Positions 41,601 through 56,100 of a DNA stretch of 64,000 nt are shown here, piece by piece; the stretch's first letter is position 1, and each line of letters starts with the position of its first letter. The notes below the pieces were generated by a model that saw nothing but the letters and a program-made list of their open reading frames with translations, had not been told where the DNA came from and did not search any database. The position numbers were made by a program, and so were the translations under genes. The stretch is from the human T2T-CHM13v2.0 reference genome, Homo sapiens: the NCBI RefSeq assembly GCF_009914755.1, contig NC_060937.1, one strand, 5' to 3'.

Positions 41601-44600
41601 GTTGATTCCATTCCGTTCCTTTCCATTTCATTCCATTCCATTCCATTCCATTCCTTTCCGTAGCATTCCGTTCCATTCTATTCGTGTTTATTTCATTCCA
41701 TTCCATTCCATTCCACAGCATTCCATTCCATTCCGTTCCATTCTATTCGTTTTGTTTCCATTCCATTCCATTCCATTCCATTCCATTCCAATCCATCCCA
41801 TTCTGGTTGATTCCTTTCTATTCCATTCCATTCCATTACATTCCATTCCTTTCCATTCCATTCCGTTCTATTCCATTCGGGTTGATTCCATTCCATTCCA
41901 TTCCATTCCATTCCACTCCATTCCACTCCATTCCATTCCACTCCATTCCATTCCACTCCATTCCATTCCATTCCATTCCACTCCATTCCATTCCATTCCA
42001 TTCCACTCGTGTTGATTCCAAAGCTTTCAATAGGATTCCTTTCCATTCCATTCCATTCCATTCTATTCCATCCCATTCTGGTTGATTTCATTCTATTCCA
42101 TTCCATTCCATTCCATTCCATTCCATTCCGTTCCATTCCATTCAGGTTGATTCCATTCCATTCCATTCCATCCCATCCTATTTGGGTTGATTCCATTCCA
42201 TTCGATTCCATTCCATTCCACTCCTTTCCATTCCATTCCATTCCATTCCATTCCATTCCATTCCATTCCATTCCACTCGTGTTGATTCCAAAGCTTTCCA
42301 TTCCATTCCATTCCCTTCATTCCTTTCCATTCCATTCCATTCCAGTCGGGTTGATTCAATTCCATTGCTTTCCATTCCATTCCATTGTATGCCTTTCTAT
42401 TCCATTCCACTCGGGTTGATTGCGTTGCATTCTATTCCATTCCATTGCACTTGGGTTGATTCCATTCCATTGCATTCCATTCCATCCATTCCTTTCCATT
42501 CTTTTCCATTACACTCGGGTTGATTCAATAGGATTCCTTTCCATTCCATTCCATTCCATTCTATTCCATCCCATTCTGGTTGATTTCATTCTATTCCATT
42601 CCATTCCATTCCATTCCATTCCATTCCATTCCATTCCATTGTGGTTGATTCCATTCCATTAAATTCCACTGCATTCCATTCCATTCCATTCCACTCCATT
42701 CCATTCCATTCCACTCCATGCATTCCGTTCCATTCCACACGGATTGATTCCATTTCATTCCATTCCATTCTACGCTATTCCATTACAGTTGATTCCGTTG
42801 GATTCCATTCCGTTCCATTCCATTCCACAGCATTCAATTCCATTCCGTTCCGTTCCATTCCATTCGTGTTGTTTCTATTCCATTCCACACCATTCTATTC
42901 CATTCCATTCCATTCCATTCGGGTTGATTCCATTCCATTCCATTCCATTCCATGCCATTCCATTCAATTCCATTCCATTCCACTCCATTCCATTACATTC
43001 CATTCCACACGAGTTGATTCTATTCCATTCCATTCCATTCCATTCCATTCCATTCCATTCCATTCGGGTTCATTCCATGCCATTCAATTCCATTCCGTTC
43101 CATTCCATTCCATTCCATTCCATTCCATTCCATTGCCTTCCATTCCACTCCATTCCATTCCATTCCATTCCATTCCATTCCATTCCATTCCACTCGGGTT
43201 GATTCCATAGCTTTCCATTCCATTGCATTCCATTCATTCCTTTCCATTCCATTCCATTCCAGTCGGGTTGATTCCATTCCATTGCTTTCCGTTCCATTCC
43301 ATTGCATGCCTTTCTATTCCATTCCACTCGGGTTGATTCTGTTGCATTCTATTCTATTCCATTGCACTTGGCTTGATTCCTTTCCATTCCATTCCATTTC
43401 ATTCATTTCCATAACACTCGGGTTGATTTCATAGTATTCCTTTCCATTTCATTGCATTCATTCCATTCCACTCCATTCCATTCCATTCCAATCCGGTTGA
43501 TTCCATTCCATTCCATTCCCTTCCACTCGGGTTGATTCCATTCCATTCCATTCCATTCCATTGCATTCCATTCCATACCATTCCTCTCGGGTTGATTCCA
43601 TACCAATCTATGCTATTCCATTCCATTAAACATCATTCCATTCCATTCCACTCGGGTTGATTCCATTCCATTCCATTCCATTCCATGCCATGCCATTCCA
43701 TTCAACTCCATTCCATTACATTCCGTTCCACTCGGGTTGATTCCATTCCATTCCATTCCAATCCATTCCTTTCCATTCCATTCCATTCAGGTTCATTCCA
43801 TTCCATTCCATTCTGTTCTGCTCCTTTCCATTCCATTCCATTCCATTTCATTCTATTCCATTCCAGTCCGTTCCGTTCCACTCGGGTTGATTCCATACCA
43901 TTCCATTCCATTCCATTCCATTCATTCCTTTAAATTCCATTCCATTCCATTCTGGTTGATTCCATTCCATTCCTTTCCATTCCATTTCATTCCATTCCTT
44001 TCCATTCCATTCTACTCGGGTTGATTCCGTTGCATTCCATTCCATTCCATTCCATTCTATTCCATTCCAGTCCATTCCATTCCACTCGGGTTGATTCCAT
44101 ACCATTCCATTCCATTCCATTCCATTCCATTCCATTCATTCCTTTCTATTCCATTCCATTCCATTCGGGTTGATTCCATTCCATTCCTTTCCATTCCATT
44201 TCATTCCATTCCTTTCCATTCCATTCCTCTCGGGTTGATTCCGTTGCATTCCATTGCATTCCATTGCACTTGGGTTGATTCCATTCCATTCCATTCCATT
44301 CCATTCCATTCCATTCAATTCCATTCCATTCGATGCATTTCCCTTACACTCGTATTGATTCCATAGCATTCCATTGCATTCCATTCCATTCCATTCCATT
44401 CCATCCCATTCGGGTTGATTCCATTCCATTCCATTCCATTCCATTCCATTCCATTCCATTCTGTTCCATTCTGTTCGGGTTGATTCCATTCCATTAAATT
44501 CCACTGCATTCCATTGCATTCCATTCCAATCCATTCCATTCCATTCCACTCCATACATTCCATTCCTTTCCACCCGGATTGATTCCATTCCATTCCATTC

Positions 44601-47600
44601 CATTCTATGCTATTCCATTCCAGTTGATTCCATTGGATTCCATTCCGTTCCATTCCATTCCGTTCCATTCTATTCGTGTTTATTTCATTCCATTCCATTC
44701 CATTCCACAGCATTCCACTCCATTCCATTCAATTCCATTCAATTCCACTCCATTCCATTACATTCCATTCCACTCGAGTTGATTCTATTCCATTCCATTC
44801 CATTCCAATCCATCCCATTCCATTCCATTCCTTTCCATTCCATTCATTCCCATTACACTCGGGTTGATTCCATTGTATTGCATTCCATTCCATTCCATTC
44901 CATTCCATTCCATTCCATTCCATCCCATTCTGGTTGATTCCATTCTATTCCGTTCCATTCCATTCCATTCCATTCCTTTCCATTCCATTCCATTCCATTC
45001 CATTCCATTCCATACTTTTCCACTCTGGTTGATTGCATACCATTCCATTCCATTCCGTTCCATTCCATTCCTTTCCATACTATTCCACTCTGGTTAATTC
45101 CATATCATTCCTTTCCATTCCATTCCAATCCATTCCTTTCCATTCCAGGTGATTCCTTTGCATTCCATCCTGTTCCATTCCATTCCTTTCCATTCCATTC
45201 CATTCGGGTTGATTCCAGTCCATTGCATTCCATTCCGTTCCTCTCGGGTTGATTCCATTCCATTCTATTCCATTTTATTCCACTCGAGTTGATTCCATTC
45301 CATTCCATTCCATTCCATTCCATTCCATTCCATTCCATTCCGTTCCACTCGGTTTGATTCCATTCCATTCCACTTTATTCCACTCCACTAGAGTTGATTC
45401 CATTCCATTCCATTCCATTCCATTCCATTCCATTCCACTCCATTAGATTCCATTCCATACCAACCGGATTGATTCCATTCCACTACATTCCATTCCATTC
45501 CATTCCATTCCTTTCCAGATGATTCCATTGGATTCCATTCCATTCCATTCCATTGCATTCCATTCCATTCCATTCTATTCCACTCGAGTTTTTTCCTCTT
45601 CATTCCATTGCATTACATTCCATTTCATTCCACTCGGGTTCATTCCATTCCTTCCATTCCATTCCATTCCACTCGGGTTAAATCCATTAGATTTCATTCC
45701 CTTCCCTTCCATTCCATTCAATTCCACTCGGGTGGATTCCATTGCATTACATTCCATTTTATGCCATTCCATTCTGTTCCATTCCATTCCATTCCATACT
45801 ATTCCACTCTGGTTGATTCCATAACATTCCATTCCATTCCGTTCCATTCCATTCCATTCCATACTATTCCACTCTGGTTGATTGCATACCATTCCATTCC
45901 ATTCCATTCCAATCCATTCCATTCCATTCCAGGTGATTCCTTTGCATTCCATCATGTTCCATTCCATTCCTTTCCATTCCATTCCACTCGGGTTGATTCC
46001 ATCCCATTGCATTCCATTCTGTTCCTCTCGGGTTGATTCCATTCCATTCTATTCCATTTTATTCCACTCGAGTTGATTCCATTCCATTCTATTCCATTCC
46101 ATTGCATTCCATTCCATTGCATTCCATTCCATTCCATTCCATTCCACTCAGGTTGATTCTGCTCCATTCCATTGCATTCCATTCCATTTCATTCCATTCC
46201 ATTCGTGTTGAATCCATTTCATTCCATTCCGATCCATTGCATTCCATTCCTTTCCATTTCATTCCATTCCTTTCCTTTCGGGTTGATTCCATTCCATGCC
46301 ATTCCATTCCATTCCGTTCCATTCCACTCCATGCCATTCCGTTCCATTCCACCAGGATTGATTCCATTCCATTGCATTATAATCCATTCCATTGTATTCC
46401 TTTCCACTCCGGTTGATTCAATTGCATTCCATTCCATTCCATTCCATTCCAGTTGATTCCAAAGCCTTGCATTCCATTACATTCCATTGCATTCCATTCC
46501 ATTCCATTGCATTCCAATCTATTCCATTCCACTCGTTTTCATTCCATTCCATTCCATTCCATTCCATTCCATTCCATTCCATTCCACTCGGTTTGATTCC
46601 ATTCCATTCCATTCCATTCCATTCCATTCCATTCCATTCCATTCCACTCGGGTTGATTCCATTCCATTCCATTCCATTCCATTCTATTCCATTCCACTCG
46701 GGTTTATTAAATTCCGTTCCTTTCCATTTCATTGCATTCCATTCCATTCCACTCCATTCCATTCCATTCCAATCCGGTTGATTCCATTCCATTCCATTCC
46801 CTTCCACTCGGGTTGATTCCATTCCATTCCATTCCATTTTATTCCATTCCATTCCATTCCATTGCATTCCATTCCATACCATTCCTGTCGGGTTGATTCC
46901 ATACCAATCTATTCTATTCCATTCCATTAACTACATTCCATTCCATTCCACTCGGGTTGATTCCATTCCATTCCATTCCATTCCATTCCATTCCATTCCA
47001 TGCCATTCCATTCCATTCGTGTTGATTCCATTCCATTCCATTCCATTCCAATCCATTCCTTTCCATTCCATTCCATTCGGGTTCATTGCATTCCATTCTG
47101 TTCCATTCCGTTCCGTTCCTTTCCATTCCATTCCATTCCATGGCATTCCATTCCATTCCATTCCATTCTATTCCATTCCAGTCCATTCCAATGCATTCCA
47201 CTCCATACGTTCCATTCCATTCCACCCGGATTGATTCCATTCCATTCCATTCCATTCTATGCTATTCCATTCCAGTTGATTCCGTTGGATTCCATTCCGT
47301 TCCATTCCATTCCATTCCATTCCATTCCATTCCATTCCATTCCATTCCATTCCATTCCTTTCCATTGCATTCGACTCAGGTTGATTCCACTCCATTCCAT
47401 TGCATTACATTCCATTTCATTCCACTCGGGTTTATTCCTTTCCATTCCATTCCGTTCCACTCGGGTTAATTCCATTCCGTTCCTTTCCGTTACATTCCAT
47501 TCCATTCCATTCCATTCCATTCCTTTCCATTCCATTCCGTTCCATTTTATTGGTGTTTATTTCATTCCATTCCATTCCATTCCACAGCTTTCCATTCCAT

Positions 47601-50140
47601 TCCATTCCATTCCATTCCGTTCGTGTTGTTTCCATTCCAATCCATTCCATTCCATTCCATTCCACTGGAGTTGATTCTATTCCATTCCATTCCATTCCAT
47701 TCCATTCGGTTTCATTCCATGCCATTCAATTCCATTCCGTTCCATTCCATTCCATTCCATTCCATTCCATTCCATTGCATTGCCTTCCATTCCACTCCAT
47801 TCCATTCCATTCCATTCCATTCCATTCCACTCCATTCCATTACAATCCATTCCATTCGATTTTATTCTATTCCATTCCATTCCATTCCCTTCCATTGCAT
47901 TCCATTGCAGTCGGGTTCATTCCATGCCATTCAATTCCGTTCCGTTCCATTCCATTCCATTCCATTCCATTCCATTCCATTCCATTCCATTCCACTCGGG
48001 TTGATTCCATACCTTTGCATTCCATTCCAGTCCTTTCATTCCTTTCCTTCCCATTGCATTTCATTCGGGTTGATTCCATTCCATTGCTTTCCAATCCATT
48101 CCATTGCATGCCTTTCCATTCCATTCCACTCGGGTTGATTCTGCTGCATTCTCTTCCATTCCATTGCACTTGGGTTGATTCCATTCCATTCCATTCCATT
48201 CCATTCCATTCCATTCCATTCCATTAATTTCCATTACACTTGTGTTGATTCCATAGCATTCCATTCCATTCCATTCCATTCCATTCCATTCCATTCCATC
48301 CCATTCTGGTTAATTCCATTCTATTCTATTCCATTCCATTCCATTCCATTCCATTCCATTCCATTCCATTCCTTTCCATTCCATTCCATTCCATTCCATT
48401 CCAATCCATTCCACTCCATTCCATTCCATTCCCCTCCATTCCATTCCATTCCATTCCATTCCATTCAATTCCATTCCATTCCACTCCTTTCCATTACAAT
48501 CCATTCTATTCGATTTGATTCTATTCCAATCCATTCCATTCCATTCCATTGCATTCCATTGCAGTCGGGTTCATTCCATGCCATTCAATTCCGTTCCATT
48601 CCGTTCCATTCCATTCCATTCCATTCCATTTCCTTGCCTTCCATTCCACTCCATTCCATTCCATTCCATTCCATTCCACTCGAGTTGATTCCATACCTTT
48701 CCATTCCATTCCATTCCCTTCATTCCTTTCCATTCCATTCCATTCCAGTCGGGTTGATTCCATTCTATTGCTTTCCATTCTATTCCATTGCATGCCTTTC
48801 TATTCCATTCCACGTGGGTTGATTCCGTTGCATTCTATTCCATTCCATTGCACTCGGGTTGATTCCATAGCATTCCATTCCATTCCATTCCATTCCATTC
48901 CATTCTGGTTGATTCCATTCTATTCCATTCCATTCCTTTCCTTTCCATTCCGTTCCATTCCATTCGGGTTGATTCTATTCCATTCCATTCCATTCCATTG
49001 CATTCCATCCCATTCGGCTAGATTCCATTCCATTCCATTCCTTTCCATTCCATTCCGTTCCACTCGGGTTAATTCCATTCCAGTTCCATTCTATTCGTGT
49101 TTATTTCATTCCATTCCATTCCATTCCACAGCATTCCATTCCATTCCGTTCTGTTCCATTCCATTCGTGTTGTTTCCATTCCATTCCATTCCATTCCATT
49201 CCATTCCATTCCATTCCTTTCCATTCCATTCCATTCCGTTCCATTCCATTCCATTCGGGTTGATTCCACTCCATTCCATTCCATTGCATTCCTTTCCATT
49301 GCATTCCATTCGGGTTCATTCCATTCCATTCCGTTCCATTCCATTCCGTTCCTTTCCATTCCATTGCATTCCATTCCATTCCATTCCATTCCATTCCATT
49401 CCATTCCATTCATTTCCATTACAGTCGGGTTGATTCCATACCATTCCATTCCATTCCATTGAATTCCATACCATTCCATTACACTCGGGTTGATTCCATT
49501 CCATTCCATTCCATTCCATTCCATTCCATTCCATTCCATTCGGGTTGATTCCATTCCATTCCATTCGATTCCATTCTATTCCATTCCATTCCATTCGGGT
49601 TGATTACATTCCATGCCATTCAATTCCATTCCGTTCCATTCCATTCCATTCCATTCCATTCAATTGCATTGCCTTCCATTCCACTCCATTCCATTGCATT
49701 CCATTCCATTGCATTCCATTCCATTCCATTCCATTCCATTCCATTCCAGTCGGGTTGATACCATTCCATTCCATTCCATTCCATTCCATTCCATTCCATT
49801 CCACTCCATTCCATTCCATTCCATTTCACTCGAGTTGATTTTATTCCATTCCATTCCTTTCCATCCCATTCCATTCCATTCTATTCCATTCCATTCCATT
49901 GCGTTCCATTGCATTTGTGTTAATTCCACTCCATTCCATTCCACTCCATTCCACTCAATTCCATTCCTTTCCAATCCATGACATTCAACTAGGGTTGAAT
50001 TCATTGCATTCCATTCCAATCCATTCCTCTCCATTCAATTCCTCTCTGATTGAATCTATTCCATTCCATTCCATTCCGTTCTGTTCCATTCGTTCCATTG
50101 CATTCCATACCATTCTATTCCACTCGGGATGTTTCCATTC
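32680..50140 (+). repeat. ~9-kb direct duplication (copy A ~32680-41170, copy B ~42270-50140)
   Basis: Colinear ORF-track pairs: 32831/42420, 33270/42744, 34942/44676, 35770/45519, 35859/45608, 36408/46172, 37134/46893, 38399/47400, 40594/49545, 40918/49899. Both copies start at a GATTCCAAAGCTTTCC (HindIII) marker. Confidence 0.92.
36900..38350 (+). repeat. 748-bp tandem duplication within copy A
   Basis: CACTCGGGTTTATTAAATTCCG at 36936 and 37684; ORF starts 37134/37882. Confidence 0.9.
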
Positions 50141-53100
50141 CATTCCATTCCATTCCATTCCATTTCATTCCATTCCATTCCATTCCATTCGGGTTGATTC
50201 CATTCCATTCCATTCCATTCCATTCCATTCCATTCCATTCCATTCCATTCCACTCGGGTTGATTCCATTCCATTCCATTCCATTCCATTCCTCTCGGGTT
50301 GATTCCATTCCATTCCATTCCATACCATTCAATTCCATTCCACTCTGGTTGACTCCATTTCATTCCATTCCACTCCGTTTCATTCTGGTTGATTCCATTG
50401 AATTCCAATCCATTTTATTCCATTCCATTCTGTTCCATTCCATTCCATTCCATTCCATTCCATTATTGTGGATTCCATACCAATCCTTTCCATTCCTTTC
50501 CATTCCTTTCCCTTCCTTTCGATTCCATTCCATTCCATTCTACTCGGTTTCATTCCATTCCATTCCATTCCCTTCCATTCCATTCCATTCCATTCCACTC
50601 TGTTTGATTCCATTTCATTTCACTCCATTCCATTCCATTCCATTCCATTCCATTCCATTCCATTCCGATTGATTCCATTCCATTCCATTCCATTCCATTC
50701 CATTCCATTCCATTCCATTCCATGCCATTCCATTCCATTCCATTGCACTCAGGTTGATTCCGCTCCGTTCCATTGCATTACATTCCATTTCATTCCACTC
50801 GGGTTGATTCCTTTCCATTCCATTCAATTCCACTCGGGTTAATTCCATTCCGTTCCTTTCCATTTCACTCCATTCCATTCCATTCCATTCCGTTCCATTC
50901 TATTCGTGTTTATTTCATTCCATTCCATTCCGTTCCACAGCATTCCATTCCATTCCGTTCCATTATATTCGTGTTGTTTCCATTCCATTCCATTTCATTC
51001 CATTGCATTCCATTCGATTCCGTTCCATTCCATTCGTGTTGATTCCACTCCATTCCATTCCACTCCATTCCATTCCATTCCATTCCATTCCTTTCCAATC
51101 CATGACATTCAACTTGGGTTGAATCCATTGCATTCCATTCCAATCCATTCCTCTCCATTCAATTCCTCTCTGATTCAATCTATTCCGTTGCATTCCATTC
51201 CGTTCTGTTCCATTCCGTTCCATTGCATTCCATACCATTTCTTTCCACTCGGGATGATTCCATTCCATTCCATTATATTCCATTTCATTCCATTGCATTC
51301 CATTTCATTCCATTCCACTCGGGTTGATTCCATTCCATTCCATTCCATTCCATTCCATTCCATTCCTTTCCATTCCATTCCATTCCATTCCATTTCATTC
51401 CATTCCATTCCATTCCATTCGGGTTGATTCCATTCCATTCCATTCCATTTCATTCCATTCCATTCCATTCCATTCCATCCATTCCACTCCTTTCCATTCC
51501 ATTCCATTGCATTCGACTCAGGATGATTCCGCTCCATTCCATTGCATTTCATTCCATTTCATTCCTCGCAGGTTGATTCCGCTCCATTCCATTGCATTAC
51601 ATTCCATTTCATTCCACTCGGGTTGATTCCTTTCCATTCCATTCCGTTCCACTCGGGTTAATTCCATTCCGTTACTTTCCATTTCATTCCATTCCATCCC
51701 ATTCCATTCCATTCCATTCCTTTCCATTCCATTCCGTTCCATTCTATTCGTGTTTATTTCATTCCATTCCATTTAATTCCGCAGCATTCAATTCCATTCC
51801 GTTCCGTTCCGTTCCATTCCATTAGTGTTGTTTCCATTCCATTCCATTCCATTCCATTCCATTCCATTCCATTCCATTCCGTTCCATTCCATTCGTGTTG
51901 ATTCTATTCCATTCCATTCTACTCCTTTCCATTCCATTCCATTCCACTCCTTTCCAGTCCGTGACATTCAACTGGGTTGCATCCCTTGCATTCCATTCCA
52001 ATCCATTCCACTCCAGTCAAATCCTCTCGGATTCAATGTATTCCATTCCATTCCTTTCCGTTCTGTTCCACTCCATTCCATTGCATTCCATACCATTTCA
52101 TTCCACTCGGGATGATTCCATTCCATTCCATTCCATTCCATTCCATTCCTTTCCATTCCATTCCGTTCCATTCCATTCGTGTTGATCCCATTCCATTCCA
52201 TTCCATTCCATTGCATTCCATTCCATTCCATTCGACTTCATTCCATTCCATTGCATTCCATTCCATTCCATTCCATTCCATTGCATTCCATTCCATTCCA
52301 TTCCATTCCATTCCATTCCATTCCATTCCATTCCGTGCCATTCCATTCCATTCGTGTTGATTCCATTCCATTCCATTCCATTCCATTCCATTCCATTCCA
52401 TTCCATTCCATTCCGTTCCACTCGGGTTGATTCCATTCCAATCCATTCCTTTCCATTCCATTCCATTCGGGTTCATTGCATTCCATTCTGTTCCATTCCG
52501 TTCCGTTCCTTTCCATTCCATTCCATTCCATGGCATTCCATTCCATTCCATTCCATTCTATTCCATTCCAGTCCATTCCAATGCATTCCACTCCATACGT
52601 TCCATTCCATTCCACCCGGATTGATTCCATTCCATTCCATTCCATTCTATGCTATTCCATTCCAGTTGATTCCGTTGGATTCCATTCCGTTCCATTCCAT
52701 TCCATTCCATTCCATTCCATTCCATTCCATTCCTTTCCATTGCATTCGACTCAGTTTGATTCCACTCTATTCCATTGCATTACATTCCATTTCATTCCAC
52801 TCGGGTTTATTCCTTTCCATTCCATTCCGTTCCACTCGGCTTAATTCCATTCCGTTCCTTTCCGTTCCATTCCATTCCATTCCATTCCATTCCTTTCCAT
52901 TCCATTCCGTTCCATTTTATTGGTGTTTATTTCATTCCATTCCATTCCATTCCACAGCTTTCCATTCCATTCCATTCCATTGCATTCCATTCGTGTTGTT
53001 TCCATTCCAATCCATTCCATTACATTCCATTCCACTGGAGTTGATTCTATTCTATTCCATTCCATTCCATTCCATTCGGTTTCGTTCCATGGCATTCAAT

Positions 53101-56100
53101 TCCATTCCGTTCCATTCCATTCCATTCCATTCCATTCCATTCCATTGAATTGCCTTCCATTCCATTCCATTCCATTCCATTCCATTCCATTCCATTCCAC
53201 TCCATTCCATTACAATCCATTCCATTCGATTTGATTCTATTCCATTCCATTCCATTCCCTTCCATTGCATTCCATTGCAGTCGGGTTCATTCCATGCCAT
53301 TCAATTCCGTTCCATTCCATTCCATTCCATTCCATTCCATTCCACTCGGGTTGATTCCATACCTTTGCATTCCATTCCAATCCTTTCATTCCTTTCCTTC
53401 CCATTGCATTTCATTCGGGTTGATTCCATTCCATTGCTTTCCAATCCATTCCATTGCATGCCTTTCCATTCCATTCCACTCGGGTTGATTCTGTTGCATT
53501 CTCTTCCATTCCATTGCACATGGGTTGATTCCATTCCATTCCATTCCATTCCATTCCATTCCATTAATTTCCATTACACTTGTGTTGATTCCATAGCATT
53601 CCATTCCATTCCATTCCATTCCATTCCATTCCATCCCATTCTGGTTGATTCCATTCTATTCTATTCCATTCCATTCCATTCCATTCCATTCCATTCCATT
53701 CCATTCCTTTCCATTCCATTCCATTCCATTCCATTCCAATCCATTCCACTCCATTCCATTCCATTCCATTCCATTCCCCTCCATTCCATTCCATTCCATT
53801 CCATTCAATTCCATTCCATTCCACTCCATTCCATTACAATCCATTCTATTCGATTTGATTCTATTCCAATCCATTCCATTCCATTCCATTGCATTCCATT
53901 GCAGTCGGGTTCATTCCATGCCATTCAATTCCGTTCCATTCCGTTCCATTCCATTCCATTCCATTCCATTTCCTTGCCTTCCATTCCACTCCATTCCATT
54001 CCATTCCATTCCATTCCATTCCACTCGAGTTGATTCCATACCTTTCCATTCCATTCCATTCCCTTCATTCCTTTCCATTGCATTCCGTTCCAGTCGGGTT
54101 GATTCCATTCTATTGCTTTCCATTCTATTCCATTGCATGCCTTTCTATTCCATTCCACGTGGGTTGATTCCGTTGCATTCTATTCCATTCCATTGCACTT
54201 GGGTTGATTGCATTCCATTCCATTCCATTCCATTCCATTCCATTCATTTCCATTACACTCGGGTTGATTCCATAGCATTCCATTCCATTCCATTCCATTC
54301 CATTCCATTCCATTCCATTCCATTCTGGTTGATTCCATTCTATTCCATTCCATTCCTTTCCTTTCCATTCCGTTCCATTCCATTCGGGTTGATTCTATTC
54401 CATTCCATTCCATTCCATTGCATTCCATCCCATTCGGCTAGATTCCATTCCATTCCATTCCTTTCCATTCCATTCCGTTCCACTCGGGTTAATTCCATTC
54501 CAGTTCCATTCTATTCGTGTTTATTTCATTCCATTCCATTCCATTCCACAGCATTCCATTCCATTCCGTTCCGTTCCATTCCATTCGTGTTGTTTCCATT
54601 CCATTCCATTCCATTCCATTCCATTCCATTCCATTCCATTCCTTTCCATTCCATTCCATTCCGTTCCATTCCATTCCATTCGGGTTGATTCCACTCCATT
54701 CCATTCCATTGCATTCCTTTCCATTGCATTCCATTCGGGTTCATTCCATTCCATTCCGTTCCATTCCATTCCGTTCCTTTCCATTCCATTGCATTCCATT
54801 CCACTCCATTCCATTCCATTCCATTCCATTCCATTCATTTCCATTACAGTCGGGTTGATTCCATACCATTCCATTCCATTCCATTGAATTCCATACCATT
54901 CCATTACACTCGGGTTGATTCCATTCCATTCCATTCCATTCCATTCCATTCCATTCGGGTTGATTCCATTCCATTCCATTCGATTCCATTCCATTCCATT
55001 CCATTCCATTCGGGTTGATTACATTCCATGCCATTCAATTCCATTCCGTTCCATTCCATTCCATTCAATTGCATTGCCTTCCATTCCACTCCATTCCATT
55101 GCATTCCATTCCATTTCATTCCATTCCATTCCATTCCATTCCATTCCATTCCAGTCGGGTTGATACCATTCCATTCCATTCCATTCCATTCCACTCCATT
55201 CCATTCCATTCCATTTCACTCGAGTTGATTTTATTCCATTCCATTCCTTTCCATCCCATTCCATTCCATTCTATTCCATTCCATTCCATTGCGTTCCATT
55301 GCATTCGTGTTAATTCCACTCCATTCCATTCCACTCCATTCCACTCAATTCCATTCCTTTCCAATCCATGACATTCAACTAGGGTTGAATTCATTGCATT
55401 CCATTCCAATCCATTCCTCTCCATTCAATTCCTCTCTGATTGAATCTATTCCATTCCATTCCATTCCGTTCTGTTCCATTCGTTCCATTGCATTCCATAC
55501 CATTCTATTCCACTCGGGATGTTTCCATTCCATTCCATTCCATTCCATTCCATTCCATTCCATTCCATTCGGGTTGATTCCATTCCATTCCATTCCATTC
55601 CATTTCATTCCATTCCATTCCATTCCATTCCACTCGGGTTGATTCCATTCCATTCCATTCCATTCCATTCCATTCCTCTCGGGTTGATTCCATTCCATTC
55701 CATTCCATACCATTCAATTCCATTCCACTCTGGTTGACTCCATTTCATTCCATTCCACTCCGTTTCATTCTGGTTGATTCCATTGGATTCCAATCCATTT
55801 TATTCCATTCCATTCTGTTCCATTCCATTCCATTCCATTCCATTCCATTCCATTATTGTGGATTCCATACCAATCCTTTCCATTCCTTTCCATTCCTTTC
55901 CCTTCCTTTCGATTCCATTCCATTCCATTCTACTCGGTTTCATTCCATTCCATTCCATTCCCTTCCATTCCATTCCATTCCATTCCACTCAGTTTGATTC
56001 CATTTCATTTCACTCCATTCCATTCCATTCCATTCCATTCCATTCCATTCCGATTGATTCCATTCCATTCCATTCCATTCCATTCCATTCCATTCCATTC

